DNA from: an uncultured delta proteobacterium
GTDB lineage: Bacteria; Desulfobacterota; Binatia; HRBIN30; BPIQ01
Direction of reading: 5' to 3'
Length of the DNA: 64,000 bases
NCBI GenBank assembly: GCA_963761335.1
Contig: CAVXGR010000012.1
Location: forward strand, 96,001-160,000
Shown piece after piece: positions 1 through 10,211 of this stretch (its first letter is position 1; the number at the start of each line of letters is the position of its first letter). The notes below the pieces were generated by a model. The model searched no databases and was not told the origin of the DNA. It was given only the letters and a program-made list of their open reading frames with translations. Both the position numbers and the translations under genes were made by a program.

Positions 1-770
1 TCCACCGGCTCGGCCGCGTGATCGTCGGAGGCCTCGCGCATGAGGTCGTGCCACCAGTGGTCGCGGCCCGCGCGCATGTCGATCGGCTGCTCGGTGCGCC
101 GCACCACCACCACACCCTTGACGGACGGGGTCTCCTCCAGGGCTTCGTCGACGTTGTGCTTGAGCGGCACCACGGCGCCGCGGCGATAGCCGCCGTCGGC
201 GGTGATCACCAGGCTCGCCTGGGCGTCGTTGATGCGGTCGCGCAGGGCCTCGGCGGAGAAGCCGCCGAAGACGACACTGTGGGTGGCGCCGAGGCGCGCG
301 CAGGCGAGCATCGCCACCGCCGCCTCGGGGATCATCGGCAGATAGATGGCGACGCGATCGCCGGAGCGCACTCCGAGGCCGAGCAGCGCGTTGGCAAAGC
401 GGCAGACCTCGCGGTGCAGCTCGCGAAAGGTGATGGTGCGCGTGTCTCCCGGCTCTCCCTCCCAGATGATCGCCGGCTTGTCGCCGCGGCTGGCAAGATG
501 GCGATCGATGCAGTTGGCCGCCAGGTTGAGCCGCCCGCCGACGAACCACTTGGCGAACGGCGGCTGCCAGTCGAGCACCCGCTGCCAGGGTGACGCCCAA
601 TCGATCTCCGCGGCGATCTCCGCCCAGAAGCGCTCGGGATCGGCTTCCGCCTTCGCGGCCAGACGCCGATAGTCCTCGAGCCCGGGCACCCATGCCTGGC
701 GCGCGAAGGCATCGGGCGGGGGAAAAACCCGCCTCTCCCTCAAGGTCGATTCGATGTCCGGCTGCGCCAT
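1..770 (-). CDS. acs: Acetyl-CoA synthetase, 5' part (runs off window start)
   Basis: Manual translation [16 protein letters not shown]...[18 protein letters not shown]...IIWEGEPGD...[47 protein letters not shown] upstream of ATG at 770. Confidence 0.93.
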   Translation of the reverse strand, partial: MAQPDIESTLRERRVFPPPDAFARQAWVPGLEDYRRLAAKAEADPERFWAEIAAEIDWASPWQRVLDWQPPFAKWFVGGRLNLAANCIDRHLASRGDKPAIIWEGEPGDTRTITFRELHREVCRFANALLGLGVRSGDRVAIYLPMIPEAAVAMLACARLGATHSVVFGGFSAEALRDRINDAQASLVITADGGYRRGAVVPLKHNVDEALEETPSVKGVVVVRRTEQPIDMRAGRDHWWHDLMREASDDHAAEPV

Positions 771-843
771 GATGCTCCCTCAGCGATGCGAGATGCCTTC
801 CGTTTTTTCACGGGAGAGGAAGGGAGGTCAAGGCGGAGAGCGA

Positions 844-962
844 GGTGTTGCGGTGTTGGGGTGTTGGGTGGTGAGGTTCGGACGGGCTGCTCGCTCGTCC
901 CAGGTTGTTGGGTTGTTGGTTGTTAGGCCTTCGTGACCTGACAACCAACAACCAACAACCTG
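844..962. repeat. GT-rich short-period repeats plus ~26-bp inverted repeat (901-927/937-962), possible terminator
   Basis: GGTGTTG(C/G)x3 at 844-867; arms CAGGTTGTTGGGTTGTTGGTTGTTAGG / CCTGACAACCAACAACCAACAACCTG directly after the stop at 966. Confidence 0.75.
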
Positions 963-965
963 CCC

Positions 966-2252
966 TTACCGCGTGCGGGCGCGGAAGCGGTCGAGGCCGT
1001 CGAGGATCAGATCGTCGATCTGGTAGGTGGACTCCCAGCAGACGGAGGTGATGTCGTTCACCAGCTGCACCTGAATCGGAGCGGTCAGGGGCAGGTGGGC
1101 GTCCGGCAGCAGGTCTCCTTGTCCATTCACGAGGAGGCGCGCCTTGTCTTGGTCACTGCCGCGCAGGAGAACCCGCTTGGCCCCGTCCCGCATCGCGTCC
1201 CTGTCCTTGTACTTGAAGCCCTTGCCGGGAATCAGCTTCCAACAGTCCTTGTTGTGGCATACGCCGCCCGGCGGAATGTGGATCTCGACCGTCGGCGAAC
1301 CGTCCTCGTAGAGGCAGAACGAGTAGCTGGTGGTGGTGATCGGGTCGCCGAACTCGGCCTGCGCCGTTGCCGGCACGTGTGACAGCTTCCACACGAGCTT
1401 CTTTTTGTTGTAGTCACGGATATAGAGAATGCTGCGCCCGGCGGTGCGGCAGCCCGACAGCGGTGTGGCCGGACAGAGAATTGTCTGGATGGGGGTCGCG
1501 GTGGCCGTGGGGGTGGGTGGCAGGGTCGCCGTGCGGGTCGCCGTCTGCGTCCGCGTTCCGGTCGCCGTCGGCGTATCCACCGGGGTCTCCGTCACCGTCG
1601 GCGTCGCTGTCTCGGTAGCGGTCTCGGTTACCGTCCCAGTGTTCGCCGGCGTCGAGGTCTGGCTCGCTGTCGGACTGAAGGTCGGAAGCGGCGTCAGCGT
1701 CGCCGTGTCGGCAGGCGTCGCCGTCGCCGTGTCGGCAGGGGTGGAGGTGGCGGTGTCGGCAGGCGTCGCCGTGCCGGTATCGGCCGCGGTTGCCGTCGCC
1801 GTGTTGACCGGAGTCGAGGTAGCCGTATCCGCCGGGACGCTGGTGGCGGTATCGGCAGGCGTCGGAGTGGCGGTATCCAGCGGCGTGCTGGTGGCGGTAT
1901 TCGCCGCCGTGGCGGTCGCCGTGTTCACCGGGGTGCTGGTGCCGGTATCCGCGGGGGTGGCGGTGGCGGTGTCGGCGGCAGTCGCGGTGGCGGTATTTGC
2001 CGGAGTCGCGGTCGAGGTGTCCGCCGGCGTCGCCGTGGACGTGTCGGCGGGAGTCGCCGTGGACGTGTCGGCGGGAGTCGCCGTGGCGGTATCGGCCGGC
2101 GTCTGCGTCGGCGTGTCCGCCGGCGTCTCGGTGGCGGTCTGCGCTGCCGCCGGAGCGCTCCAGCAGAGCAGCGTCGCACACAGCAGGGCGGTCCCCACGG
2201 TGATCGTGCACCGCCGGGTACCCCGCAGTTGCATCTGAGCCTGGATCGACAT
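966..2252 (-). CDS. Secreted Thr/Pro/Ala-rich repeat protein with Cys-containing C-terminal globular domain
   Basis: Signal peptide ([18 protein letters not shown]), ~18 octapeptide repeats, C-terminal domain CPATPLSGC...SYSFCLY...CHNKDCWK...CWES; start uncertain (2258/2252/2234). Confidence 0.8.
   Translation of the reverse strand: MSIQAQMQLRGTRRCTITVGTALLCATLLCWSAPAAAQTATETPADTPTQTPADTATATPADTSTATPADTSTATPADTSTATPANTATATAADTATATPADTGTSTPVNTATATAANTATSTPLDTATPTPADTATSVPADTATSTPVNTATATAADTGTATPADTATSTPADTATATPADTATLTPLPTFSPTASQTSTPANTGTVTETATETATPTVTETPVDTPTATGTRTQTATRTATLPPTPTATATPIQTILCPATPLSGCRTAGRSILYIRDYNKKKLVWKLSHVPATAQAEFGDPITTTSYSFCLYEDGSPTVEIHIPPGGVCHNKDCWKLIPGKGFKYKDRDAMRDGAKRVLLRGSDQDKARLLVNGQGDLLPDAHLPLTAPIQVQLVNDITSVCWESTYQIDDLILDGLDRFRARTR
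1695..2126 (-). repeat. 24-nt/8-aa tandem repeat, consensus T(P/A)A(D/N)TAT(A/S)
   Basis: TPADTSTA x3, [24 protein letters not shown] etc. in translation. Confidence 0.9.
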
Positions 2253-2520
2253 TTCCATCCCCCAAAAGTCCCCGCCGGCGGACTCTGATCGAAGCGCGTG
2301 GCCCGATTCCCCCGAATTCGAGCCCGCCGCCGGCGGCGAGTATTGTGAATCTGAAGCTCCAACCGTAGTCGATGCCCATCTCTCAATCAATGAAAAGTTG
2401 CGCCGGGGACCTCCTTGCCCGCGATTGAGCCTCTAAGCGTCTGTCCGGCGCGCCATTTTTTCGTTGCGCCACCTGTCCGGCATGACTAGAAGGGCCCAGA
2501 AGCCCGGACGAACAACACCA

Positions 2521-2931
2521 GTGATCAGCCAACGAACGGAGCCGCGTGATAGGGCACTCATCCTGGTGGTCGAGCGGGATCCCAATGTCCGCGCCTTGGA
2601 GCGCTACTTCCTCGAGCAAGCGGGGTACTCCGTGGTCTTCAGCGAAGACGGGAAGCAGGCGCTCGCCGAGGCTCGACGCTTGGCCCCCCGCATCCTGATC
2701 TCCGAAATTCTGGTGCCTCGCGTTGACGGACTGAGCGTCTGCCGTGCCATCAAGGGCGACCCGGCGACATGTCAGACTGCTGTGCTGATCTTCAGCATCC
2801 TCGCCGCCGAGGATCGTGCCCTGGAAGCCGGTGCCGACGCCTTCCTGCGCAAACCCGTCAACGACCAGCTTCTGGTCGACACGGTGGAACAGCTGCTGGC
2901 GCGCTTCCGAGAAGGGAGGGCGATCGAATGA
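2521..2931 (+). CDS. Single-domain (pseudo-)response regulator receiver
   Basis: REC fold LILVVERD...ILISEILVPRVDG...AGADAFLRKP; Glu at phosphoacceptor position; ATGA overlap with next gene. Confidence 0.85.
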   Translation: MISQRTEPRDRALILVVERDPNVRALERYFLEQAGYSVVFSEDGKQALAEARRLAPRILISEILVPRVDGLSVCRAIKGDPATCQTAVLIFSILAAEDRALEAGADAFLRKPVNDQLLVDTVEQLLARFREGRAIE

Positions 2932-4295
2932 GGCGAATCAGCACCGGAAACATCCACGCCGATCTCATCCTCGACGGCGGCTTTCCGGCCAACTCCATCA
3001 ATATCATCATGGGGCATCCGGGAGTCGGCAAGACGATCTTCGCCGAGCAGTTGGCCTTTACCAACGCTACTCCCGAGCGTCCGGTTCTCTACCTGACGAC
3101 CCTCTCCGAGCCGCTCGACAAGTTCATTGTCTACCTCCAGGAGTACACCTTTGCCGACGCCACCCGCATCGGCACCGAGATCATTTACGAGAGCCTGAGC
3201 GAGCGCCTGATGGAGGCACCGGAGCAGGCGGCGCAAATGTTGCTGGACCTCGTGCAGGAATACCGGCCGCGGCTGATCATCATCGACTCGTTCCGTGCCA
3301 TCGGCGCCCTCATGCCGGATCTGGCGACCTGGCGCCGGGTGCTCTACCAGCTGGCGGGCGTGCTCAGCGCCTACGACGCCACCAGCTTCTGGGTCGGGGA
3401 GTACGACAACGAGAGTGTTTCGGAGCTGCCCGAGTTCGCCGTCGCCGACGGCATCCTCGAGCTGGTGCGCGAGCAAAGCGGCAGCCGCGACGAGCGCCGC
3501 CTGCGCGTCGTCAAGCTGCGCGGCAGCGCCTTTCGCGACGGCTATCACTCGGTTTGCCTGACGCGGGCCGGGTTGGAGGTTTACCCACGCATGGTCACCC
3601 CCTTCCAGGGGCCGCACTACACGGCGCGGTCGGAACGCCTGCACACCGGAATCGGCGGTCTCGATGCCATGATCGAGAGCGGCTGGCTGCGCGGCACCTC
3701 GACCCTGGTCCTCGGCCCCTCGGGTGCCGGCAAGACGGTGCTGAGCTTGCATTTTCTTCGCGAAGGGGCGCGGCGCGGCGAGCCGGGGCTGCTGGTGAGC
3801 TTCCAGGAGAACCCGACGCAAATGGGGCGCATCATGGAGCACTTCGGCTGGCAGCCGGACACCCTGGTCGCGCCCGACAAGCTCGACATCTTCTACAACT
3901 CCCCGGTGGAGCTGCAGATCGACACGATTCTCACCGAGATGTTCCGCCGCGTCGAGCGCAATCGTGTCCGCCGGGTGGTCATCGACGCCATCGGCGATCT
4001 GGAAAGGTGTGCCCGCGATCAAAACCGCTTCCGCGACTACATGTATGCCCTCACCCAGCAGCTGGCGGCACAGGACATCACCGCAATGATCTGCGTCGAG
4101 ACCCCTGGTCTGAACGATCGCGCCGTCACCCAGGGCAAGGACATCTCGGCCATGGGCGACAACATCCTGCGGCTCGAAATGCACATGGGCGACGAGCTGG
4201 TGCGTACCATCCGCGTGATCAAGAGCCGCGGCAGCGCCCACGACAACAAGCGCCACGTGCTGCATATCACCGGGCAGGGAATACGGGTAGACTGA
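2928..4295 (+). CDS. KaiC/RAD55-like tandem RecA-fold ATPase
   Basis: Two P-loops GHPGVGKT and GPSGAGKT, IIIDS/VVIDA Walker B, KLRGS/KSRGSAHD motifs. Confidence 0.9.
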   Translation: MRRISTGNIHADLILDGGFPANSINIIMGHPGVGKTIFAEQLAFTNATPERPVLYLTTLSEPLDKFIVYLQEYTFADATRIGTEIIYESLSERLMEAPEQAAQMLLDLVQEYRPRLIIIDSFRAIGALMPDLATWRRVLYQLAGVLSAYDATSFWVGEYDNESVSELPEFAVADGILELVREQSGSRDERRLRVVKLRGSAFRDGYHSVCLTRAGLEVYPRMVTPFQGPHYTARSERLHTGIGGLDAMIESGWLRGTSTLVLGPSGAGKTVLSLHFLREGARRGEPGLLVSFQENPTQMGRIMEHFGWQPDTLVAPDKLDIFYNSPVELQIDTILTEMFRRVERNRVRRVVIDAIGDLERCARDQNRFRDYMYALTQQLAAQDITAMICVETPGLNDRAVTQGKDISAMGDNILRLEMHMGDELVRTIRVIKSRGSAHDNKRHVLHITGQGIRVD

Positions 4296-4307
4296 CACCT
4301 GTACGCC

Positions 4308-5978
4308 ATGACCCATGCGAAACGCCTGCGCGAGCTAGTCGCCATCAACCGAGCCATTGCCGGCTCGCTCGAATACGACGAGGTGCTGCGTTTGGTGGTC
4401 GAGGAGACCGCGGAGTTCACCGGCTGCCCGGTCTGTGTCCTGCTGCTCGCCGGCGACGACAACTTGGCGCGGGTTGCCGCTGCCTGCGGCATCGATGCCG
4501 AGACGCGGGAGAAGTTCGCCGCGCCTCTGAACGAGGCGATCGGCGAGCGCCTGCGCGTGCGGCTCGGCGCCGGGCAGCGCGACGCCTTCATCGGCGTGCC
4601 GGTGATGGGCCACGGCCGCGTACGCGGGATCCTCGCCGCCTATCGCCGCGACGCATCGCCGATCAATCGCGAAGAGGAGTTTCTGCTCTCGGCGCTGGCA
4701 GACCAGGCGGCAATCGCCCTGGAACACGCCCAGCATTTCGACAGCATCCGGCGCGAGCTCGAGGAGCGAACCCGCCAGCGGCAGCAGGCGGAGTTGGAGC
4801 GCCTTCTCGAGATGGAGAGGACGCAGGCGCTGCTCGAGGACGCCAGCCGCCGCAAAGACGAGTTTCTCGCCATGCTGGCGCACGAGCTCCGCAACCCGCT
4901 CGCTCCGATCCGCAATGCCGTCCAGGTGATGCGTCTGATGGGAAACGCGACGGCACAGGCCTCGGAGGCCCGAGACATCATCGATCGCCAGGTGGAGCAC
5001 ATGGCCAAGCTGGTCGACGACCTGCTCGACGTCTCCCGCATCACCCGGGGGAAATTCCTGCTGCGCAGCGAGGGGCTCGACCTCGCTTGGCTGTTGCGCA
5101 CCACCGTCGAGGATCACCTGGTGACACTACACAAGTCGGGTCTGGCGACCGACGTGGAGATCTGCCGCGATCCCGTATGGGTGGCTGGCGATCGCACTCG
5201 CCTGTCTCAGGTGATCGGCAACCTGCTGCAGAACGCCGTGAAGTTCACCAACGCCGGAGGCCGCGTGTCGATTCAGCTGACTGTCGATGAAGCGAGCCAG
5301 CAAGCGGTGATCCGTATTGCCGACACCGGTATCGGCATCGGGCCTGAAATGATCGCCCACGTCTTCGAGCCCTTCAGCCAGGCGGACCGCAGCGTCGATC
5401 GCAGCCGCGGCGGTCTGGGACTGGGACTGTCATTGGTCAAGGGGCTGGTCGAGCTCCACGGCGGCACTGTCGAGGTGTGCAGCGGCGGCCTCGGTACGGG
5501 AGCCGCGTTCACTGTGCGCCTGCCCTTCAGCGAGGACGCACCACAAACGGCCACCACCCCGGCAACGCCGGTGAGGACGCCGTCGCCGCGTCGCATATTG
5601 ATCATCGAAGACAACATCGACTCCGCCAACAGCATGGCCGTCCTTCTCGGGCTCGGCGGGCATCGCGTCATGGTGGCGCATACCGGAGAGCAGGGGATCG
5701 AGGTGGCACACGAGATGGCTCCGCACGTCGTGTTCTGTGACATCGGTCTACCCGGCTCCAAGGATGGTTATGCCGTCGCCCGCGCCCTGCGCGCCGATCC
5801 GCGCCTGCGGGAGACCTGGCTGGTGGCGCTCACCGGCTACGGCCAGGAAGAAGATCAGAGGCGGTCGATCCGGGCTGGCTTCGACCTCCACCTCACCAAG
5901 CCGGTATCGCCGCAACGCCTGGGCGAGATCCTCGGCCGGGCACCAATGACCGCCTCGCCGTTCAAAATGGGAGGATGA
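4308..5978 (+). CDS. GAF-HisKA-HATPase-REC hybrid sensor histidine kinase
   Basis: GAF (ALADQAAIALEHA), H-box LAHELRNPL, N-box NLLQNAVKFT, DTGIGI, GGLGLGL, C-terminal REC CDIGLPG. Confidence 0.93.
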   Translation: MTHAKRLRELVAINRAIAGSLEYDEVLRLVVEETAEFTGCPVCVLLLAGDDNLARVAAACGIDAETREKFAAPLNEAIGERLRVRLGAGQRDAFIGVPVMGHGRVRGILAAYRRDASPINREEEFLLSALADQAAIALEHAQHFDSIRRELEERTRQRQQAELERLLEMERTQALLEDASRRKDEFLAMLAHELRNPLAPIRNAVQVMRLMGNATAQASEARDIIDRQVEHMAKLVDDLLDVSRITRGKFLLRSEGLDLAWLLRTTVEDHLVTLHKSGLATDVEICRDPVWVAGDRTRLSQVIGNLLQNAVKFTNAGGRVSIQLTVDEASQQAVIRIADTGIGIGPEMIAHVFEPFSQADRSVDRSRGGLGLGLSLVKGLVELHGGTVEVCSGGLGTGAAFTVRLPFSEDAPQTATTPATPVRTPSPRRILIIEDNIDSANSMAVLLGLGGHRVMVAHTGEQGIEVAHEMAPHVVFCDIGLPGSKDGYAVARALRADPRLRETWLVALTGYGQEEDQRRSIRAGFDLHLTKPVSPQRLGEILGRAPMTASPFKMGG

Positions 5979-6038
5979 GCCCCCGGGGCTGTCAACTCAA
6001 GCCCCCTCCAGCCACTGCTGAATCTCCAGCCACAGGGC

Positions 6039-6256
6039 GTGGAGCATGAGGGGCAGGCGGCCATCGAGCTCGAAGCCTGGATGCGCCCGGCGAGCGCGGC
6101 CGCTACTCGCTGCCGCTCATCGACGGAGACGGTGCGGGGAGCGCCGGCGGAGCGCTGGTCATGGACGCCCCTGAAACCATCCGGGCAGTGGTGCGTGAGC
6201 TGCGCGCCGGTGCTAGAGTTGCCGACGTGAGCGCTCGCCTTCACACGGATTCCTGA
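6039..6256 (+). pseudogene. hypF: Frameshifted internal fragment of hydrogenase maturation carbamoyltransferase HypF
   Basis: HEGQAAIELEA, then in shifted frame RYSLPL...VMDAPETIRAVVRELRAGARVADVSARLH*, resembling HypF C-terminal YEGQAAxxLE...IAARFH. Confidence 0.65.
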
Positions 6257-6990
6257 TGTTCGGTCTCGACGCGATCATGGCGCGGGCCGGCGGCCATGGC
6301 GGTCTGGCAATGGCGTTCGTGGTGGCGCTGCTCCTCGGCCTGCGTCATGCCACCGATCCCGACCATCTGACGGCAGTGTCGACGCTGATCCTCGGCGACC
6401 GGCGCCATGGCACGCGGCGCGCGAGCACCCTGGGCTTCGTCTGGGGAATGGGCCACGCCGTCACCCTCCTCGCCCTGGGTCTGCCGGTCATCGCCTTCGG
6501 CCCCTACCTGCCCGCGGCGGTGCATCGCGCCGCCGAGATGACCATCGGCGCCCTCATCGCCGTGCTCTCGGCGCGGCTGCTGCTGCGCTGGTGGCAAGGG
6601 GCCTTTCACGCGCACGCGCACGAGCACGACGGCGTGCAGCACGCCCATCCGCACGCGCACGCCGGCGCCGGCGCTGACGCCCACGCGCACATGCACGCCG
6701 AGGATCTCGGTCGATCGCTGCCGGCGTCGTTCGGTATCGGCATGATCCACGGAATCGGGGGCTCCGCGGGCGCGGCGATTCTGTTGCTGGCTTCCTTTCC
6801 GAGCCGTGTCCAGGGCGCCGCGGCGCTGGTGGTGTTCGCCGTCGGCACGGCGCTCTCCATGGGCATCATGTCCTCCGCCCTCGGCTACGCCCTGGTGCGC
6901 AACCGCAGCGGCCGTCATTTCCGCCGCCTGATCCCCGTCTTCGGCGCTCTCGGCCTCCTCTTCGGTGTGTGGTACGGTCTGCGGGCCTGA
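6256..6990 (+). CDS. NiCoT/UreH-type nickel/cobalt permease
   Basis: [11 protein letters not shown] signature, WGMGH, His-rich loop [28 protein letters not shown]. Confidence 0.85.
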   Translation: MFGLDAIMARAGGHGGLAMAFVVALLLGLRHATDPDHLTAVSTLILGDRRHGTRRASTLGFVWGMGHAVTLLALGLPVIAFGPYLPAAVHRAAEMTIGALIAVLSARLLLRWWQGAFHAHAHEHDGVQHAHPHAHAGAGADAHAHMHAEDLGRSLPASFGIGMIHGIGGSAGAAILLLASFPSRVQGAAALVVFAVGTALSMGIMSSALGYALVRNRSGRHFRRLIPVFGALGLLFGVWYGLRA

Positions 6991-7036
6991 GCGCCGTCCA
7001 GCGGCGCCGGGATCTCGCAGAAGGAGGAGAGAAGCC

Positions 7037-7990
7037 ATGTCACGGGTGTTTGCCGACAACTCGCGATCGATCGGGGGGACGCCTCTGGTGCAGCTGACGC
7101 GCGTCAGTGCCGGCGGCGGGGCGCGCGTCTTCGCCAAGGTCGAAGGACGCAACCCGGCGTACTCGGTCAAGTGCCGGATCGGCGCCTCGATGGTCTGGGA
7201 CGCCGAGGAGCGCGGCGTTCTCCGCCCCGGCGTCCAGGTCGTCGAGCCGACCAGCGGCAACACCGGCATCGCTCTCGCCTTCGTCTGCGCCTCGCGCGGC
7301 TATCGGCTGACGCTGACCATGCCCGAGACCATGAGCCTGGAGCGCCGCAAGGTGCTGCAGGCGTTCGGCGCCCACCTGGTGCTGACCCCCGGAGCCGAGG
7401 GCATGCGCGGCGCCATTCGCGCCGCCGAGGAGATCGCCGCCGCCGATGCGGAGAAGTGGTTCATGCCGCAGCAGTTCCAGAACCCCGCCAATCCGGCCAT
7501 CCACGAGCGCACCACCGGCCCGGAGATCTGGGAGGACACCGGCGGCGAGGTGGACGTGCTGGTCTCGGGCGTGGGCACCGGGGGAACGATCAGCGGCGTC
7601 TCGCGGTACATCAAGCGAGCCCAGCACAAGCCGATTCTCAGCGTCGCCGTCGAGCCGGCCAACAGCCCGGTGATCTCGCAGACGCTCGCCGGCAAGGAGC
7701 CGCGCCCCGGCGCCCACAAGATCCAGGGAATCGGCGCCGGCTTCATCCCCGACACCCTCGACCTGAGCATGGTCGACCGCGTCGAGACGGTCGCCGACGA
7801 CGAGGCGCTGGAGATGGCCCGGCGCCTGGCGCGCGAGGAAGGGATTCTCAGCGGCATCTCCTGCGGCGCCGCCGCCGCGGTCGCCGTCCGCCTCGGTCGA
7901 CTCGAGGAGTTTGCCGGCAAGACCATCGTCGCCGTCCTCCCGGACTCGGGCGAGCGCTATCTATCGACGGTTCTCTTCGAGGGAATATAG
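7037..7990 (+). CDS. cysK: Cysteine synthase A
   Basis: [11 protein letters not shown] (PLP Lys), [36 protein letters not shown]; strong AGGAGG SD. Confidence 0.96.
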   Translation: MSRVFADNSRSIGGTPLVQLTRVSAGGGARVFAKVEGRNPAYSVKCRIGASMVWDAEERGVLRPGVQVVEPTSGNTGIALAFVCASRGYRLTLTMPETMSLERRKVLQAFGAHLVLTPGAEGMRGAIRAAEEIAAADAEKWFMPQQFQNPANPAIHERTTGPEIWEDTGGEVDVLVSGVGTGGTISGVSRYIKRAQHKPILSVAVEPANSPVISQTLAGKEPRPGAHKIQGIGAGFIPDTLDLSMVDRVETVADDEALEMARRLAREEGILSGISCGAAAAVAVRLGRLEEFAGKTIVAVLPDSGERYLSTVLFEGI

Positions 7991-7994
7991 GCCC

Positions 7995-8067
7995 TGGGAG
8001 CGCGGCCATCCTGGCCGCTTCCCTTTCTCCGGAAATTCCGGAAGCGGCCGGGACGGCCGCGCTCCCA
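7995..8067. repeat. REPIN-like inverted pair of palindromes between convergent genes
   Basis: TGGGAGCGCGGCCATCCTGGCCGCTTCC ... GGAAGCGGCCGGGACGGCCGCGCTCCCA (28-bp arms). Confidence 0.8.
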
Positions 8068-8070
8068 AGG

Positions 8071-8952
8071 TCACCCGAGAATATCCGCGACGCGGCTCAC
8101 CTCGTCCGGATCCGAAGTGGTGGGCACCAGCAGCAGCTCGTCGGTGCCCAGATCGGCGAGCATGCGGGCCGCCTCGCGCAGTGCGGTCGCCGAGTCCGCG
8201 CGCACCGTCGGCGCCAGCGCCCGCGCCGTCTCGGCGCCGAAGAAATTCAAGTATCGCTCGAGGTATTCATCGAGCTGCCGGCGGGCCTGGGCACCGAGGG
8301 CGAACCAGAAGCTCATCACCAGGCGCGGCGGGGCAGGGCGCGCCGCCACCTCCCAGACGCGCCGGGCGGTGGCCCAGGCGACCTCGACTTCCTGCGCCGA
8401 CGGTCCGAAGCTGAAGCCGCAGATGCCGTCGGCCCAGCGCGCCGCACGCCGCATCGATTGCGGCGCCAGGGCGCCGGCGAGTAGCTCGGGTCCGCCCGGC
8501 TGCAGCGGCAGCGGCTCGACCGGGCGAAGAGCGCCCTCGACGGTGTTTTCCCCCGCCCACACGCGCCGCATGCGGGCGATCTGCGTCTCCATGAGCCGCA
8601 GGCGATTGCCCTCGCAGGGGGCGTCCAGTGCCCGGTAATCCTCGAGGCGCGCGCCGACGCCGATGCCGAGGGTGACGCGTCCGCCGGAGAGAACGTCGAG
8701 AGTGGCAACCTGCTTGGCGATCAGCACCGGGCTGTGCATCGGTAGGACGACGACGGTGAGCGCCAGCCGCACGCGCTGGGTCATCGCCGCCGCCGCCCCC
8801 ATGGTCACCATCAGCTCCGGGTTCGGAAAGGTGATGCGCTCGCCGGCCGCCAGGCTGGAGTACGGCCCCGCGTCGACGCGCCGCACCCACTCGAGAATGG
8901 TATCGCGATCGAGGCCGGGCACCATCACCGGCAGGTTCATTCCGATCTTCAT
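8071..8952 (-). CDS. LLM-class flavin/F420-dependent oxidoreductase
   Basis: AKQVATLDVLSGGRVTLGIGVG, RRAARWADG motifs. Confidence 0.88.
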   Translation of the reverse strand: MKIGMNLPVMVPGLDRDTILEWVRRVDAGPYSSLAAGERITFPNPELMVTMGAAAAMTQRVRLALTVVVLPMHSPVLIAKQVATLDVLSGGRVTLGIGVGARLEDYRALDAPCEGNRLRLMETQIARMRRVWAGENTVEGALRPVEPLPLQPGGPELLAGALAPQSMRRAARWADGICGFSFGPSAQEVEVAWATARRVWEVAARPAPPRLVMSFWFALGAQARRQLDEYLERYLNFFGAETARALAPTVRADSATALREAARMLADLGTDELLLVPTTSDPDEVSRVADILG

Positions 8953-8999
8953 GCGCCCTCCGCCGCCATCGGCTGCTCGTAGGCCGCGGGGCTGCGTCG

Positions 9000-9030
9000 T
9001 GTCAACGGCGAACGGGAATCGACCCGTAAG
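9000..9030 (+). mobile_element. Possible orphan IS21-family terminal inverted repeat
   Basis: TGTCAACGGCGAACGGGAATCGACCC resembles IS21-type ends; no partner end or transposase in the window. Confidence 0.3.
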
Positions 9031-9075
9031 GGCACCGACCTCGGCGAGGCGGAAGACCCGGCTGTCTCAAAACCG

Positions 9076-9168
9076 CGCCTGCGCCCCTGGCGGGGCGCAT
9101 TGGGGAAGGCCAACGCCGTTCCCCGGGTTGACACCCGGGGCTACATGCCCGCGCCGCTCCGCGGCGAC
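9076..9168. repeat. GTAG-family REP composite
   Basis: CCCCGGGTTGACACCCGGGGCTAC flanked by GCCCC/GGGGC-type hairpins; near-identical copy at 11841-11887. Confidence 0.8.
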
Positions 9169-9192
9169 AAACGCCAGAACCGCAGGACGCCG

Positions 9193-10149
9193 TCAACGCC
9201 CCAGCGACAGGATCCGCTCGAGGAAATGCGCGCGGAATCTCTCCGCGTCGACCGAGGTCGCACAGCGCATCGGCGCGGTGCCGGAAGAGCCGGGCGGCCG
9301 CTCGATGGTCCGAAAGACGCCGTCGACGACGACCGCCTCGACGGACAGATCCTCGAAGCGGCAGAACGATTCGTCGTAGACACAGGCCATCGCCAGAGGA
9401 TCGTGCAGGAAGGCGACGTTGTCGCCGTCCATTGCCGCTCCCATGCCGCTGAAGATGGAGCTCATCAGCGGCGTCCATTGGCGCACGGCCGCGGCCAGGG
9501 CGCGGTGCAGAGGCGTGCCGGCTGCCTCGATGGCGCGCAGATCCTCTTGGCGCAGCCACGTCTGCAGGGTGACGTCGGCGGTGACCAAGCGCGTCGGGAT
9601 TCCCGCGTGCAGGACGCGCAATGAAGCCGGCGGATCGGAGCACAGGTTGTAGTCGACGCCCGCGGGAAACTCGACGCCGCCGTAAGCGACGCGGCGCAGA
9701 TGACCGCCCATCACCGTCAGCCGCGCGATGCGGCCGGCCATGGACGGATCGCGCTGCAGAGCTCTCGCCAGGTTGGTGAGCGGCCCCACGGCGACCAGCT
9801 CAAGGGGACCGTCGGCGGCGAACAGCCGCAGGAGCGCCTGCACCGCCTCCTCGCGCTCGACGGGCGGCGGAGGCGCCTGCGGATCGAGGATCCCCTTGCC
9901 CTCGTGTCCCAGCCAGAGAAAGGCGTCGCCGCCCGACAGTGCCTCGCGGCTGCCGGCATACACCGGAACGTCGCCATGTCCGGCGAGCTCGAGGAGCCGC
10001 TTGCTGATCTGCGCCCGGATGGCGGTGTCCTGGCTCACATGGGTGACGGCGACGACCTCGATATCCGGCGCCGCGAGCGCCAGGCACAGGCCGAGGGCGT
10101 CGTCGACGTCGCCGCCCATGTCGGTATCGAGGACGATGCGATGCTTCAT
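9193..10149 (-). CDS. Inosine/uridine-preferring nucleoside hydrolase family
   Basis: IVLDTDMGGDVDDA, VAVGPLTNLA, MGG, LHDPLA motifs; GGAGA SD. Confidence 0.9.
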   Translation of the reverse strand: MKHRIVLDTDMGGDVDDALGLCLALAAPDIEVVAVTHVSQDTAIRAQISKRLLELAGHGDVPVYAGSREALSGGDAFLWLGHEGKGILDPQAPPPPVEREEAVQALLRLFAADGPLELVAVGPLTNLARALQRDPSMAGRIARLTVMGGHLRRVAYGGVEFPAGVDYNLCSDPPASLRVLHAGIPTRLVTADVTLQTWLRQEDLRAIEAAGTPLHRALAAAVRQWTPLMSSIFSGMGAAMDGDNVAFLHDPLAMACVYDESFCRFEDLSVEAVVVDGVFRTIERPPGSSGTAPMRCATSVDAERFRAHFLERILSLGR

Positions 10150-10211
10150 GGCACTCTCCTGCGCCTGCTCACCTTGACCGAGTACGGGTGCCGTGCTTGG
10201 GTACGCGGTCG

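Noticed and set aside
1695..2126. Possible CRISPR array from 24-nt periodicity
   Set aside because: In-frame coding repeats without unique spacers; no cas genes in the window
1429..2238. Val/Ala-rich repeat ORFs on the strand opposite the Thr-rich genes (also 26934-28508)
   Set aside because: Antisense reading of Thr/Pro codon repeats
2928..4295. Bona fide circadian clock
   Set aside because: No kaiA or kaiB in the window, and the second phosphosite Thr is absent
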